Origin: Macrostomum lignano
Taxonomy: Eukaryota
Assembly (NCBI GenBank): GCA_002269645.1
Contig: NIVC01002374.1
Coordinates: forward strand, 62,001-126,000
Reading direction: 5' to 3'
Length of the DNA: 64,000 nucleotides
Position 1 is the first letter of the stretch; the number at the start of each line of letters is the position of its first letter. This document shows, piece by piece, positions 51,798 through 63,537 of this stretch. A program made the translations under genes and the position numbers. The notes under the pieces are model-generated. The model searched no databases. It had not been told where the DNA came from and worked only from the letters and a program-made list of their open reading frames with translations.

Positions 51798-52069
51798 AGT
51801 TTATTGAGACAGATTAGTTTAGTATTTTATTTTGGTTCGAATTGACATCTCTGAATTGTTTATTATACAATATCTAGGTGGCTGTCAAGCACTCAGCCTG
51901 CTCATGCGCGATGTAAATATATTTGAGATAATGTTTAAACGAAATATTAATAATCTTGCTGAATGTAGCTGGGCGTTGAAAATTTTTGCAATTTTACGGC
52001 TAGAAATCGGATTATGAAGGATTGAAACTGATCAGTTAAAAGTTTAAGTTAAAACTGTGCTAAATAATT

Positions 52070-52740
52070 GGGGAGTCAGGTGAGTGAGTAGGGAGTCACG
52101 TGAGTGAGTAGGGAGTCACGTGAGTGAGTAGGGAGTTAGTTGAGTGGGTGGGGAGTTGGGTGAGTGAAAGAGTAGGGAGTCAGGTGAGAGAGTAGGGAGT
52201 CAGGTGAGTGAGTAGGGAGTCAGGTGAGTGAGTAGGGAGTCAGGTGAATGAGTAGGGAGTCAGCTGAGCGAGTAGGGAGTCAGGTGAGTGAGTAGGGAGT
52301 CAGGTGAATGAGTAGGGAGTCAGGTGAATGAGTAGGAAGTCAGCTGAGCGAGTAGGGAGTCAGGTGAGTGAGTGAGAAGTCAAGTGAGTGAGTGAATAGG
52401 GAGTCAGGTGAATGAGTAGGGAGTCAGGTGAGTGAGTAGGGAGTCAGGTGAGTGAGTAGGGAGTCAGCTGAGCGAGTAGGGAGTCAGGTGAGTGAGTGAG
52501 AAGTCAAGTGAGTGAGAGAGTAGGGAGTCAGGTGAGTGAATAGGGAGTCAGGTGAATGAGTAAGGAGTCAGGTGAGTGAGTAGGGAGTCAGGTGAGTGAG
52601 TAGGGAGTCAGGTGAGTGAGTAGGGAGTCAGGTGAGTGAGTAGGGAGTCAGGTGAGTGAGTAGGGAGTCAGGTGAGTGAGTAGGGAGTCAGGTGAGTGAG
52701 TAGGGAGTCAGGTGAGTGAGTAGGGAGTCAGTTGAGTAGG
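52070..52740 (+). repeat. 20-bp minisatellite (gtgagtgagtagggagtcag) carrying CAG|GTGAGT junctions
   Basis: About 33 units; 17 exact CAGGTGAGT by my count. Confidence 0.95.
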
Positions 52741-53085
52741 GATTTAAGTGAGCTTTGAAATGTTCGTGAAGGCAGCTACAACAGCAATATAATACAATAT
52801 TTATATTAAATATATAAGTAAGCAAGTGCGACACCCCGAACCGAACCCCTTGAATCCTTGGCAGCTGATATTTGCCTATCAGCTCTCGCTCCCATTCCCA
52901 TGCTCAGCTCCCAGAGCACGCACTTGGTGTCGACTCAAATTTTTATTAAGGTCGAACGAGAAACGGGGAAAGAAGAATCGGGGGGGGGCTGGGTGGAAGG
53001 GAAGAGCGAGGGAGAAAATCCCAAGGAGATGAAGGACTGCATGGGAAAGGAGTTCTAGACACAACATCTGGAGTGAAATAACTGA

Positions 53086-53490
53086 CAGTAGACTTGTACA
53101 GTAGACTTGTACAGTAGACTTGTACAGTAGACTTGTACAGTAGACTTGTACAGTAGACTTGTACAGTAGACTTGTACAGTAGACTTGTACAGTAGACTTG
53201 TACAGTAGACTTGTACAGTAGACTTGTACAGTAGACTTGTACAGTATACTTGTACAGTAGACTTGTACAGTAGACTTGTACAGTAGACTTGTACAGTAGA
53301 CTTGTACAGTAGACTTGTACAGTAGACTTGTACAGTAGACTTGTACAGTAGACTTGTACAGTAGACTTGTACAGTAGACTTGTACAGTAGACTTGTACAG
53401 TAGACTTGTACAGTAGACTTGTACATAGACTTGTACAGTAGACTTGTACAGTAGACTTGTACAGTAGACTTGTACAGTAGACTTGTACAG
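53086..53490. repeat. 13-bp minisatellite (gtagacttgtaca)
   Basis: About 31 near-perfect copies, bounded on the minus strand by a gtgagg donor and a ctccag acceptor. Confidence 0.96.
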
Positions 53491-53884
53491 ACCCTCACGG
53501 AATCGGGCCTGCGTACCATTCCAGTTCTTCCATACTTAGAAGTCCATGTCTATCGCATGGAATACCGAGGAGGAACCCTTGGAGGCAGGAGGTTCGGTTC
53601 AGTGACTCTGGGCGGGATCGAAGGAGATTGAGGCTGCAGAGTCAATCAAGAATCGTCGCTGCTGTTGTTGCTGTTGAAGGAAAAATTGGGATTACAAAAA
53701 GTAAATCAAGTTGGATAAAACGTCCCAGCTAATTATGCTAATGAGCTTCTATATTGTGCCGACTGTTCAGATTTACGGGAATTGCAGCGTTGATAAACCG
53801 CTGTTGCGATCTGATATCCTCCGCAGTGATTCTGGGCTTGTGGTTAGTAGGGCCCTTCAACATAGCGAAATGTACGAATATTGT

Positions 53885-54345
53885 GGCCACCTCCTGACAC
53901 TTATTCTGGCCACCTCCTGACACTTTTTCTGGCCACCTCCTGACACTTATTCTGGCCACCTCCTTACACTTATTCTGGCCACCTCCTGACACTTATTCTG
54001 GTCACCTCCTGACATTTTTCTGGTCACCTCCTGACACTTATTCTGATGACCTCCTGACATTTTTCTGGTCACCTCCTGACACTTATTTTAATGACCTCCT
54101 GACGCTTATTCTGGTCACCTCCTGACACTTATTCTGGCCACCTCCTGACACTTATTTTGGCCACCTCCTGACATTTTTTCTGATGACCTACTGACATTTT
54201 TTCTGGTCACCTCATGACACTTATTCTGGCCACCTCCTGACACTTTTTATGGCCACCTCCGGACATTTATTCTGGCAACCTCCTGACACTTTTTCTGCCC
54301 ACTTAATGACAGTTATTCTGGCCAGCTCATGACACTTATTCTGGC
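53885..54345. repeat. 23-bp minisatellite (ggccacctcctgacacttattct)
   Basis: About 20 copies, starting next to a minus-strand AAG|gtaagc donor. Confidence 0.93.
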
Positions 54346-55371
54346 TTACCTTACAATAGAAAACTCTTTTAGCTTGTATCAGGATGAGTTTTAGGGTCAG
54401 CAGTCATACGTAATTTAGTTATCCATCAGGTTATCAAACACCGATTTGACAAAACACTTCGACACCAGTATAAAAGTACTTATAATCTTTGCATCCAAAC
54501 GCAAAATTATTATAGAGGAAGACAGGCACACACACGCTAATCCTGTCTGGACCGAACTGTCAGCCAGGCCTGATCCCTTGACCTCTGTTATAACGATCCC
54601 CAGTCAATGCGAAAGTCAATTTAATGAGAAAGTTTTAACAGAGAGAATTCTGGCCGGAATGGCAAGGCAGGAATGAAATTAATTGAATTCTGCAGGACTG
54701 CCCCGGCCGGTTGTGACCATGCAGCAGAGATTTGCGTGTCAAGGGCCAGCAGCCGCTGCAGATGCAGCCAGGAGAATGTCGCCCTCAGCTAGAAAATCGT
54801 GGGGATTTCCTGACAAGCGGGGATGGGAGTCTGGCCTTATAGATAGAGTTTTGGGGATTAAAATGGAATTACAATGTCACGCCTTGATGAATGGTGGGGT
54901 TTAAGGGGCTCAAAGGTATGTCGCATATCTGCTGTTTATGCCTGCTGCAAGTTGCTTTAATCCTAAGCTTCGTGTGGGGACTGTGAGATCAGCTGCTGTA
55001 CTAATGCTCGGATTTATGAATCTACGAGTAGTAATGGTGGACTTGTCACTCAGTTACTTGTCACTCAATTCTAAATAGAACTGGAAAACTCCAGGTGTCT
55101 ATCTAAAAACTGATCCACTGAAGACCTTGAGGCCAGATGAACCCTCGGGGGGGTATCGTGCGCTCTTTGAGGAGGAGGCACCAGCCGATGATCCAGCTGG
55201 CACAACCACAAGGCTAGAGAAGCACCAAGGCAGCTGCTTTCAGTCCTGCGCTGCGAATCTGTTTAATCGGACCGCTGTTATCGCAGTTGCAGTCGGTGCT
55301 GGATCCGTATACAGATGCGTCCTGAGCAGAACCTGGCTCTTCATTTTTAATTTTACGAGCATTAGAGTCAG

Positions 55372-55713
55372 GGGCTGTGTGCACCCTGGCGCACTTTAAG
55401 CGACATTGTCACACAACCGGCGAGAGGCATTGCTACCCATTCCGCCGAATACCCTGAGCAGGCACACAAACGCGCGGATACGTATACGCAGGCACCCACT
55501 CACACAGGAGTGTACAGCGGCCCGAACTTCATTTATCCTTAGGGCATGTACACTTCACTGTGCCTTAGGGGTTGACCCTAAAGGGCGTTAATTGCACGAG
55601 CAGAGCCAAGCCGAGATTCCAATTTAGCCCCAAATTAGTGTGACTGCACTTGGAATCGAGCCTGGGCCGCTGGCACATCAGAGGGTCGCGCTGGACCACT
55701 GGGCTACGGACCC
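55372..55713 (-). mobile_element. tRNA-derived SINE
   Basis: Minus-strand head gggtccgtagcccagtggtccagcgcg (A box) ... ggctcgattcc (B box); taaagtgcgcc-type tail. Confidence 0.6.
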
Positions 55714-56255
55714 CCTGACATATCGAACTTCCTTGAGACATCCTCTGGAGTTTCTCCATAGAGATACGCTGGCGTCGCTCCTGTAGCTGGGTGCTACGGA
55801 TTGCTCTTCCTACCAACAATGACGGACGTCAACCGGAGTGGCGGCTCAGCGTGATCGGCTATCGGCTATCATCTCGCCCTGCTGTCATCAACTGTCGCGA
55901 GTGCCCAGCAACGGCGACGCAGAGACAGTCCTACTGTACAAAGCTGTAGTAGACTGGGCCGCTGAGCGCCGCCCAAGCGACCTGTTTAGCATTTCACAAT
56001 AAAAGGTCGAGCTTGATAAACTTGCGAGAGAACCTCGGACGACACACACGCTTGGCTCGATCATTTTGAGCTGGGAAGTCCAAAATGTGAGACATTTGAG
56101 AAATTAATTGCTGAAAACTAAAAATTTGTAGGACACGCAAATTTGCAGCGGCCTGCTTCGGGCCAAGTTTTTCTGCTTCTTCCTGCCTAATAAACGAGGC
56201 TTCCTAAAGAGAAAATTTCATCCTATAGGAAACTCGGCTGGTAACGGTCGAATTC

Positions 56256-56345
56256 TGCAGATGAGGCCTTAGTGTCAGTTTAGCTCTGCAGGTGAGATTT
56301 TAGTGTCAGTTTAGCTCTGCAGGTGGGATTTTAGTGTCAGTTAAT
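56256..56345 (+). repeat. Short outpost of the 31-bp array family
   Basis: About three diverged units (ttagtgtcagtttagctctgcag|gtgaga). Confidence 0.8.
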
Positions 56346-57093
56346 TAGCTCTGCAGTTTAGGTTTGAGCTTTCTAAAATCATTTAGAATGTTTTGTTGAC
56401 AAATAATATAGACTACTCAATATAGACTAATTAATTTGAAGAGTCAAATTCGTTCTGCCATTTTGGTCAAAACAGATTTTTGCAATCAAATCATATTGGA
56501 AAGTCCAAAAGACGACACAATTTATTGATTTGGTGCGTTTCTGCGCAGTTTTTGCGCCACTTCAAACCGACAGAAGCAATGCGTACATTTTTATTGAATC
56601 ATAATTATAACCATTGAGACTTTTTATGATGTTTATGGACACCGCGAGCTCTGAATGGGAGCTGGACATGTTGGGTCGCATTTCCATTAGATGCATTTTC
56701 ACTGGGATATAATTCCCTCTATATGCAGAGTTTATTGCACCGGGGGTATTTATGATGGTGTCTGGGGGTGGGGCTGGGGTTTTAGCCAAAGTAAAGCCAA
56801 GCTCTAATTAATGCCTCCCAGGAGACTTAGCCCTGCACTGCACGCGACTGGGATAGCTAGCATAGATGCAGACGCATTCGAAAGCACAGATACGCCTGAC
56901 CCCGGCATTTATAGCTATTTTGCATTTGGTCCCCAGTTTAATTGTTTAATTGCACTCAATTCGTTGGAATTGAATGTATCATTATCAGCATTTGTTCAAG
57001 TCAGCCTATAAGGTCCATTGGAAAGAGGTTGAAACTCCCAGCAACAGGACAATTGTTGAAGGTGTCCTTAGTGGCGTAGCCTTCCTATGGACA

Positions 57094-57691
57094 GTGAGGT
57101 TTTAGTGTCAGTTTAGCTGTGCAGGTGAGGTTTTAGAGTCAGTTTAGCTGTGCAGGTGAGGTTTTAGAGTCAGTTTAGCTGTGCAGGTGAGGTTTTAGAG
57201 TCAGTTTAGCTGTGCAGGTGAGGTTTTAGAGTCAGTTTAGCTGTGCAGGTGAGGTTTTAGTGTCAGTTTAGCTCTGTACATGAGGATTTAGTGTCAGTTT
57301 AGCTGTGCAGGTGAGGTTTTAGAGTCAGTTTAGCTGTGCAGGTGAGGTTTTAGAGTCAGTTTAGCTGTGCATGTGAGGTTTTAGTGTCAGTTTAGCTCTG
57401 TACATGAGGATTTAGTGTCAGTTTAGCTCTACCGGTGAGGTTTTAGAGTCAGTTTAGCTGTGCAGGTGAGGTTTTAGAGTCAGTTTAGCTGTGCAGGTGA
57501 GGTTTTAGAGTCAGTTTAGCTGTGCAGGTGAGGTTTTAGAGTCAGTTTAGCTGTGCATGTGAGGTTTTAGTGTCAGTTTAGCTGTGCATGTGAGGTTTTA
57601 GTGTCAGTTTAGCTCTGTACATGAGGATTTAGTGTCAGTTTAGCTCTACCGGTGAGGTTTTAGTGTCTGCAGTTTAGTTCTGCAGGTGAGA
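57094..57691 (+). repeat. 31-bp minisatellite whose unit is GT..AG (gtgaggttttagagtcagtttagctgtgcag)
   Basis: 19 units; about 10 CAG|GTGAGG junctions plus a terminal CAG|GTGAGA. Confidence 0.95.
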
Positions 57692-58507
57692 TCTGTACCC
57701 AACGAGAAAACGGGATTGCTTGCACGAGAAAAGTTCCTATACATGTATTTTTTCTGGTACATGTAAGTTTGTGGTGGACGAACAAACTGCAGAGATTAAT
57801 ACACCAATTTCCGCAGTGGCAAACATGCTCTGCATAAGTAATTATACTTATGGAATAACTATGATTGCGGAAACTGAGTGAAGCCACGGCTCTTAGTGCG
57901 GACAAATGATCGAGTGAATTGGTCTTGGAAAGGTTTCCTATCGAAAATTACATGTACACTGTGTCCTCAAGCATATAGTAGTTTAGATCAAGGCGCCAGT
58001 ACAGTTGGAGTACCATGCGATGGTAATTGATTCTGCTGCTACGACACGCTGTGGCTTAAAGACACAGCGCCACTTTTCAATGTTAGAGGTCAAAGGCGCA
58101 AGATAGCGTCAATATGATAGTTACTTTTACATGTACATATTGGTCAGAGACGCCACTACATCAGAGCCAGGCAAATGAGGAAAATACACTGACAAAAAGC
58201 AATTGACAAGGCCAAGGATACGGCGCAAAGGAATTCCACGTCTGCGGCAGAGACCGAGTAATTGAGAGTCCCAACGAAAAGTTCTCACCGACATCAAGAG
58301 AAGCTGAAGTAATCTAATTAACTCGCGCTAACAAACTCGCAACAGTACAGGCGCGAGCTACCACCAGCTGTATATTAAGTTTCCGGATCAAAGACTGCAA
58401 AGATTTGGGATCAAGGACTTTCATAGGATCATTATTGTAACAGACTGATAATCAGGAACAGTTGCGACCATGACCAATGGGGTTTGGGTCATGCTTTTTG
58501 CGACAAT

Positions 58508-58862
58508 CATGCACCCAATGCGTGGCATGCCGAACAGTCGGCCTTGAATCACGCACCCATTGCGTGGCATGCCGAACAGTCGGCCATGAATCACGCACCC
58601 ATTGCGTGGCATGCCGAACAGTCGGCCTTGAATCACGCACCCAATGCGTGGCATGCCGAACAGTCGGCCTTGAATCACGCACCCATTGCGTGACATGCCG
58701 AACAGTCGGCCTTGAATCACGCACCCAATCCCAGGCATGCCGAACAGTCGGCCTTGAATCACGCACCCATTGCGTGGCATGCCGAACAGTCGGCCTTGAA
58801 TCACGCACCCATTGCGTGGCATGCCGAACAGTCGGCCTTGAATCACGCACCCAATGCGTGAC
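58508..58862. repeat. 42-bp minisatellite (~8.5 copies)
   Basis: cacccattgcgtggcatgccgaacagtcggccttgaatcacg repeated. Confidence 0.95.
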
Positions 58863-61660
58863 AAAATGAAAAAGGACTGAAGACTAGTAAAACGCGTACT
58901 TACGTACATTTTTTGCTTAATTTTACTAATCCAACAATTAAAACGGGTTTTTGATTAAAATTTGAAACCCGGATAGCCAATTACTTATAACTTAATATGT
59001 TTATTAAAATTATTGATGATATCGAACAATCAACAGAACCAAATTAAAGGTGGCAAACTAAAGCTATTTAATTAAATCAGCAGGCAAAAAGGTAACTAAT
59101 AATAATATATCATTAGGAGCCAACAACCACAGGCTGATGCGTCGTAGGGCTGAAAAGTTTCGTGCACAGCAAAAGGAAGAGCACAAACTCGCATTGGTCT
59201 TAAGATCGAGAGAGAGAGAACGAGAGTGCCAAGGTCAGCAATAGCTGGGCCTCCACTTTGCTGGGTTAAAACAGCTCCACCCCTATCCAGCTCTCAGTCT
59301 CGCAGCAGTGGCGGCGCGGCTAATATTGCCTTAGAAGAGAGACCCGTGGGAAACTAACACATCCTCTTTTGCCAGAGAGGCGGAACCGAAATCCCCAAAT
59401 CCCATTTCCCACTCACTCACTCTCCCTCCCTCATTCTCTTTCAGTTTTAAGATTATTTTTCTCTACGCAAAGCAATTTACCCGTGCACTCTCTGTTTCTC
59501 TCTCTCTTTCTCGATCTGGCTCTGAAGCCCTCGACTAGGTTATAATATAAATTCTCAACACAAATACTCGTATGCATTAAAAGGAACATTAGCCAATTAA
59601 GGCATCAAAGCCAGTAACAGTGATTCAGCGCAGAGATGCATAGTGAGCACGCATTTTTGTGTGTTTTATTATTTTTTTTCTTAAAGATTTTTGTCACACA
59701 GTAAAGTGCTCAGATAAAAAAAACTAAAACTGTACAAGCAGCAGGACAAATGATGCAGGAACTGTGTTTGTGTGTAAGTAAAATATAGCGGACTTAAACG
59801 AGTAAAAAAAACATTGGCTAACCATCTCCGAGCTACAATCAACTACTGCGGAGACGAATATTTACTAAAATAAATGGATAAAACTGAACAGAAAAAAACA
59901 CACGTAAACAGCAGAGAAAAAAAGCGGCGGTGATACTCTCTGCGCTTTACTGCGAGTGGTATATAGTATAAATGCCGGATAAGATTACAGGGTAGAAGTA
60001 GATGAAATTTAAACTGAACATAAATTTCTAGAGAGTCAGCCACACGGTTACTATAGATAACTAAATAAATGACTAAACTAGTCATAGCAAAAGCTATTAA
60101 TTTATTTTAATAAAACTCTCCTACGAATAGTAGAATAAAGGGCGAACAGTGCCAGAATTAAATATAAAAAGGGGACAAAAGTGCAAACGCGCCCCAGACA
60201 CGGAGCAGCACCAAGACTTGCTTGAAGAGAAATAATGAGAGACAACTGACAGTTTGCTAAGCTAAATAAAATCTCGAAAAAAACGTTTGATCAGTCTAAT
60301 TCGACTACCCGAAGTTTTAGGCGAGAAAGAAGCGTTATAGACGCTGATTAAATTGTTTAGCGGAAATGAAATATTAAACGTATATACATACTTATAGGCA
60401 GTGTATTGCAAAAAGATGCTCTGATCTCTCTCTCTCTGTGTAAATGGGGGCTGTTAGATACGTACCAAGATAAATCATTAATTAACAACGAACACGCATA
60501 CCAATTAGATTCGTGTAAATGTGACAAAAAGGACACAAAAAGAAGATGCACAGAAATAAAACAGAGAGGCAAAACACATCTGGATAGGGAGCATGTAAAA
60601 TATTGACCATAAATAAAACAAGAAATGTCAGTTAATTAGGGGGGCCGATGCAGAACTTAAAAGAAGCGGACAAAGCTTTCTGATAGATTCTGCAACAAGG
60701 CCCAGCGAGACGGGAAATTCGAAGAGTCTTTAAGAGCAAAAAAACTTGTTTCGTATCACGCGCATTGTCAGGGTCACTAATAGCCAGGTAAAAAGTGCAA
60801 GCAGTGCGCGTTACAACACAGAAAAAGTACAACAAAATTGTTTTTTTTTCTTCACATTTTCACATTTTTGTATTTTGTATTGCTTTTTAAAAGATTTTTT
60901 ACCAGCAAAAACTCTGTTACAATAGAAAGCCACAAATCGGAGCATATCATATAATTAAAAAAAAAACAAAAATAAAAAAGATAGACTTTTTAATTGCAAT
61001 TTTTAAACAGGATAAAACCAGCGAGAGCAGCTCAAAAGAACATTGATAATTGCCGATAATAAAGTAATATATAAGCGTTGAGCAAATCAGAGTTAGTGTG
61101 AAGATGCGAGCGAAATCAGCCCCGCTACAAGCACTCTATTTGACGCATAAATAAATAAATACACGTACAGTAAAATAAAAACGGATTAAGAGAATTAGAC
61201 AGCAGTATTAAATCTACCAGGCGATAATTGACTAATTAAAGCGTTAAGCCGGGTGTCCAATCAATCTGTTGAATAAATATCTAGGGTAAAAAGTGGGAGT
61301 AATTCTGACTGAGAATTATTGTCTTGTCATCTAACTAGTAAGTATTTGCCATAACAATGGGCAACGTTTCACGAGATTTCTACAGGTAACAACAAATTAC
61401 AAGTATGACGTATTGATTAAGCTGTCTAGACGAATGTCCATGGCCTAAACCCAATTCGGCTACAGACTGGGAAGCCGCGTCTACTCTTTCTTCAGTAGTT
61501 TGTCTGCGCAGTGTCATTTAAATTTAATGTGGTGACTAAAATTTCCTTTCCTTCCTCGGGGTTTGCGGCCTCGGAAGCATATCGAGTTAATTATGAACAA
61601 CAGGCATTTAACTCGGGGTACACAAGTGAACGCAAGACGACAAAACTTAGTCTAGGGGGG

Positions 61661-62262
61661 GGTCAGGCCTAATCTAGCTCAGCCAATGAGAGAGCAGTAA
61701 GGACAGAGGGCAAATTTAGACGGACGAAACTCAAGCTAGGAGGCAGGCCTAATCTAGCTCAGCCAATGAGAGAGCAGTAAGGACAGAGGGCAAATTTAGA
61801 CGGACGAAACTCAAGCTAGGAGGCAGGCCTAATCTAGCTCAGCCAATGAGAGAGCAGTAAGGACAGAGGGCAAATTTAGACGGACGAAACTCAAGCTAGG
61901 AGGCAGGCCTAATCTAGCTCAGCCAATGAGAGAGCAGTAAGGACAGAGGGCAAATTTAGACGGACGAAACTCAAGCTAGGAGGCAGGCCTAATCTAGCTC
62001 AGCCAATGAGAGAGCAGTAAGGACAGAGGGCAAATTTAGACGGACGAAACTCAAGCTAGGAGGCAGGCCTAATCTAGCTCAGCCAATGAGAGAGCAGTAA
62101 GGACAGAGGGCAAATTTAGACGGACGAAACTCAAGCTAGGAGGCAGGCCTAATCTAGCTCAGCCAATGAGAGAGCAGTAAGGAGAAAGGGCAAATTTAGA
62201 CGGACGAAACTCAAGCTAGGGGGGCAGGCCTAATCTAGTTTAACCAATGAGAGAGCAGTAAG
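61661..62262. repeat. 80-bp near-perfect tandem repeat (~7.5 copies), each with a CCAAT box
   Basis: aggcaggcct recurs at 61741, 61821, 61901, 61981, 62061 and 62141. Confidence 0.96.
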
Positions 62263-62738
62263 GAGAGAGATCAAATCAGAAACAATCGAGCAAGAGAAAA
62301 GCCTAACTGTTTATCGGCCAGGTTGGGGCTGGGGCGCCAGTCCTTTTCGATAAAACAGGATGGAGATGCTATTTTAATGGGCCTGCTTTTAGAAAGCCAG
62401 AGGCGATTGCTTTAGCTTTAAAACCCTGGGGCCTAGATATCTTGAAAATGTAATGATTTTTATTTTACTTTTATAAAGGCAAAAACGCTAATCATACTAC
62501 CGAGGAAGAGTAATTAAAAGCATTTTTTGCGAGTGACAAATCTGGATATTCTATTGTAGTATCTGTGGCCTTAACCAGATTGCGGACACCCTGCCGAAAC
62601 GAGCACAGCGCACTACAAAGTGTCAAAAAGATGAGCGAGAAACACAAAATATGATAAAAAAGTGATTTGCACACAAAAATAGGAGACAGTGTTCAGGGCT
62701 GAGAGACAGAGAATACTGACCATTGTATTATAAATATA

Positions 62739-62870
62739 CAAGCTGTTGAAACCCGCGGATTTTGAACCCGGGGAATTCCAATACCCGGAACTACTTTTGC
62801 ATGTATTCTGAAATCTAAAGCCATACACAAACAAAAACTTGTTAATAGTTAGTAGGATAGAGGTAGACAT
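62739..62870 (-). mobile_element. Helitron 3' end, same family as 7985-9707
   Basis: acaagctgttgaaacccgcggattttgaacc.ggggaatt...aaaacttgttaatagtt is shared with 7984-8100. Confidence 0.8.
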
Positions 62871-62984
62871 AAAATGGAGCACATTCGTGTAAAATTAGGG
62901 TTTGAGACATTGTTGGCTGGGGTACTGCGCAGAATGTCAGGCAATGTCTGTCTGACTCTAAAACATATATTGCTAAACTCTGGT

Positions 62985-63439
62985 CTCTCCCTGACTCTCC
63001 CTACGTCCCTTGGATCCTTTAAAATTTCTATCGTCTCTTTGTTTCCTCTCATCTCTCTCGTCCCTCGTCTCTCCTCTCTCCTCTCTCCCCTCTTCTCTCG
63101 TATCTTCCCTCATCTCTCTTCTCTTTCATCTCTCTTATCTCATCTCTTGTCTCTTCTTTTCTCTCTCCTCTCCTCTCTCCTCTCTACTTTTTCGTTTTCT
63201 CTCTCCTCTCCTCTCTCCTCTCTCTCTCCCTCTCCTCTCTCCTCTCACCCCCTCTTCTTTCTTATCTTCCTTCTCCTTTCTATTCTTTTCTCTCTTCTCT
63301 TAACTCTCTCCTCTACTCTCTCATCTCTCCCCTCTTCTCTCGTCTCTTCCCTCACCTCTTTTCTCTCTCGTCTTTGCTCTCTCATCTTTCCTTTCTCTTC
63401 TTTTATCTTTTCTCTCTTATCTCTTCTCATTTCTCTCTG

Positions 63440-63537
<98 letters not shown>

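Noticed and set aside
53499-53535. MEELEWYAGPI as the start of a Vav-like SH2 domain
   Set aside because: The next exon gives PCCV-stop and no R..AE..L...G.FLVR continuation in a consistent frame; likely coincidence.
61661-62262. Tandem hammerhead ribozymes (ggacgaaac in each unit)
   Set aside because: The required CUGANGA core and stem II are absent (ccaatga instead). The 28.5-kb array has CTGATGA on the minus strand but no GAAA.
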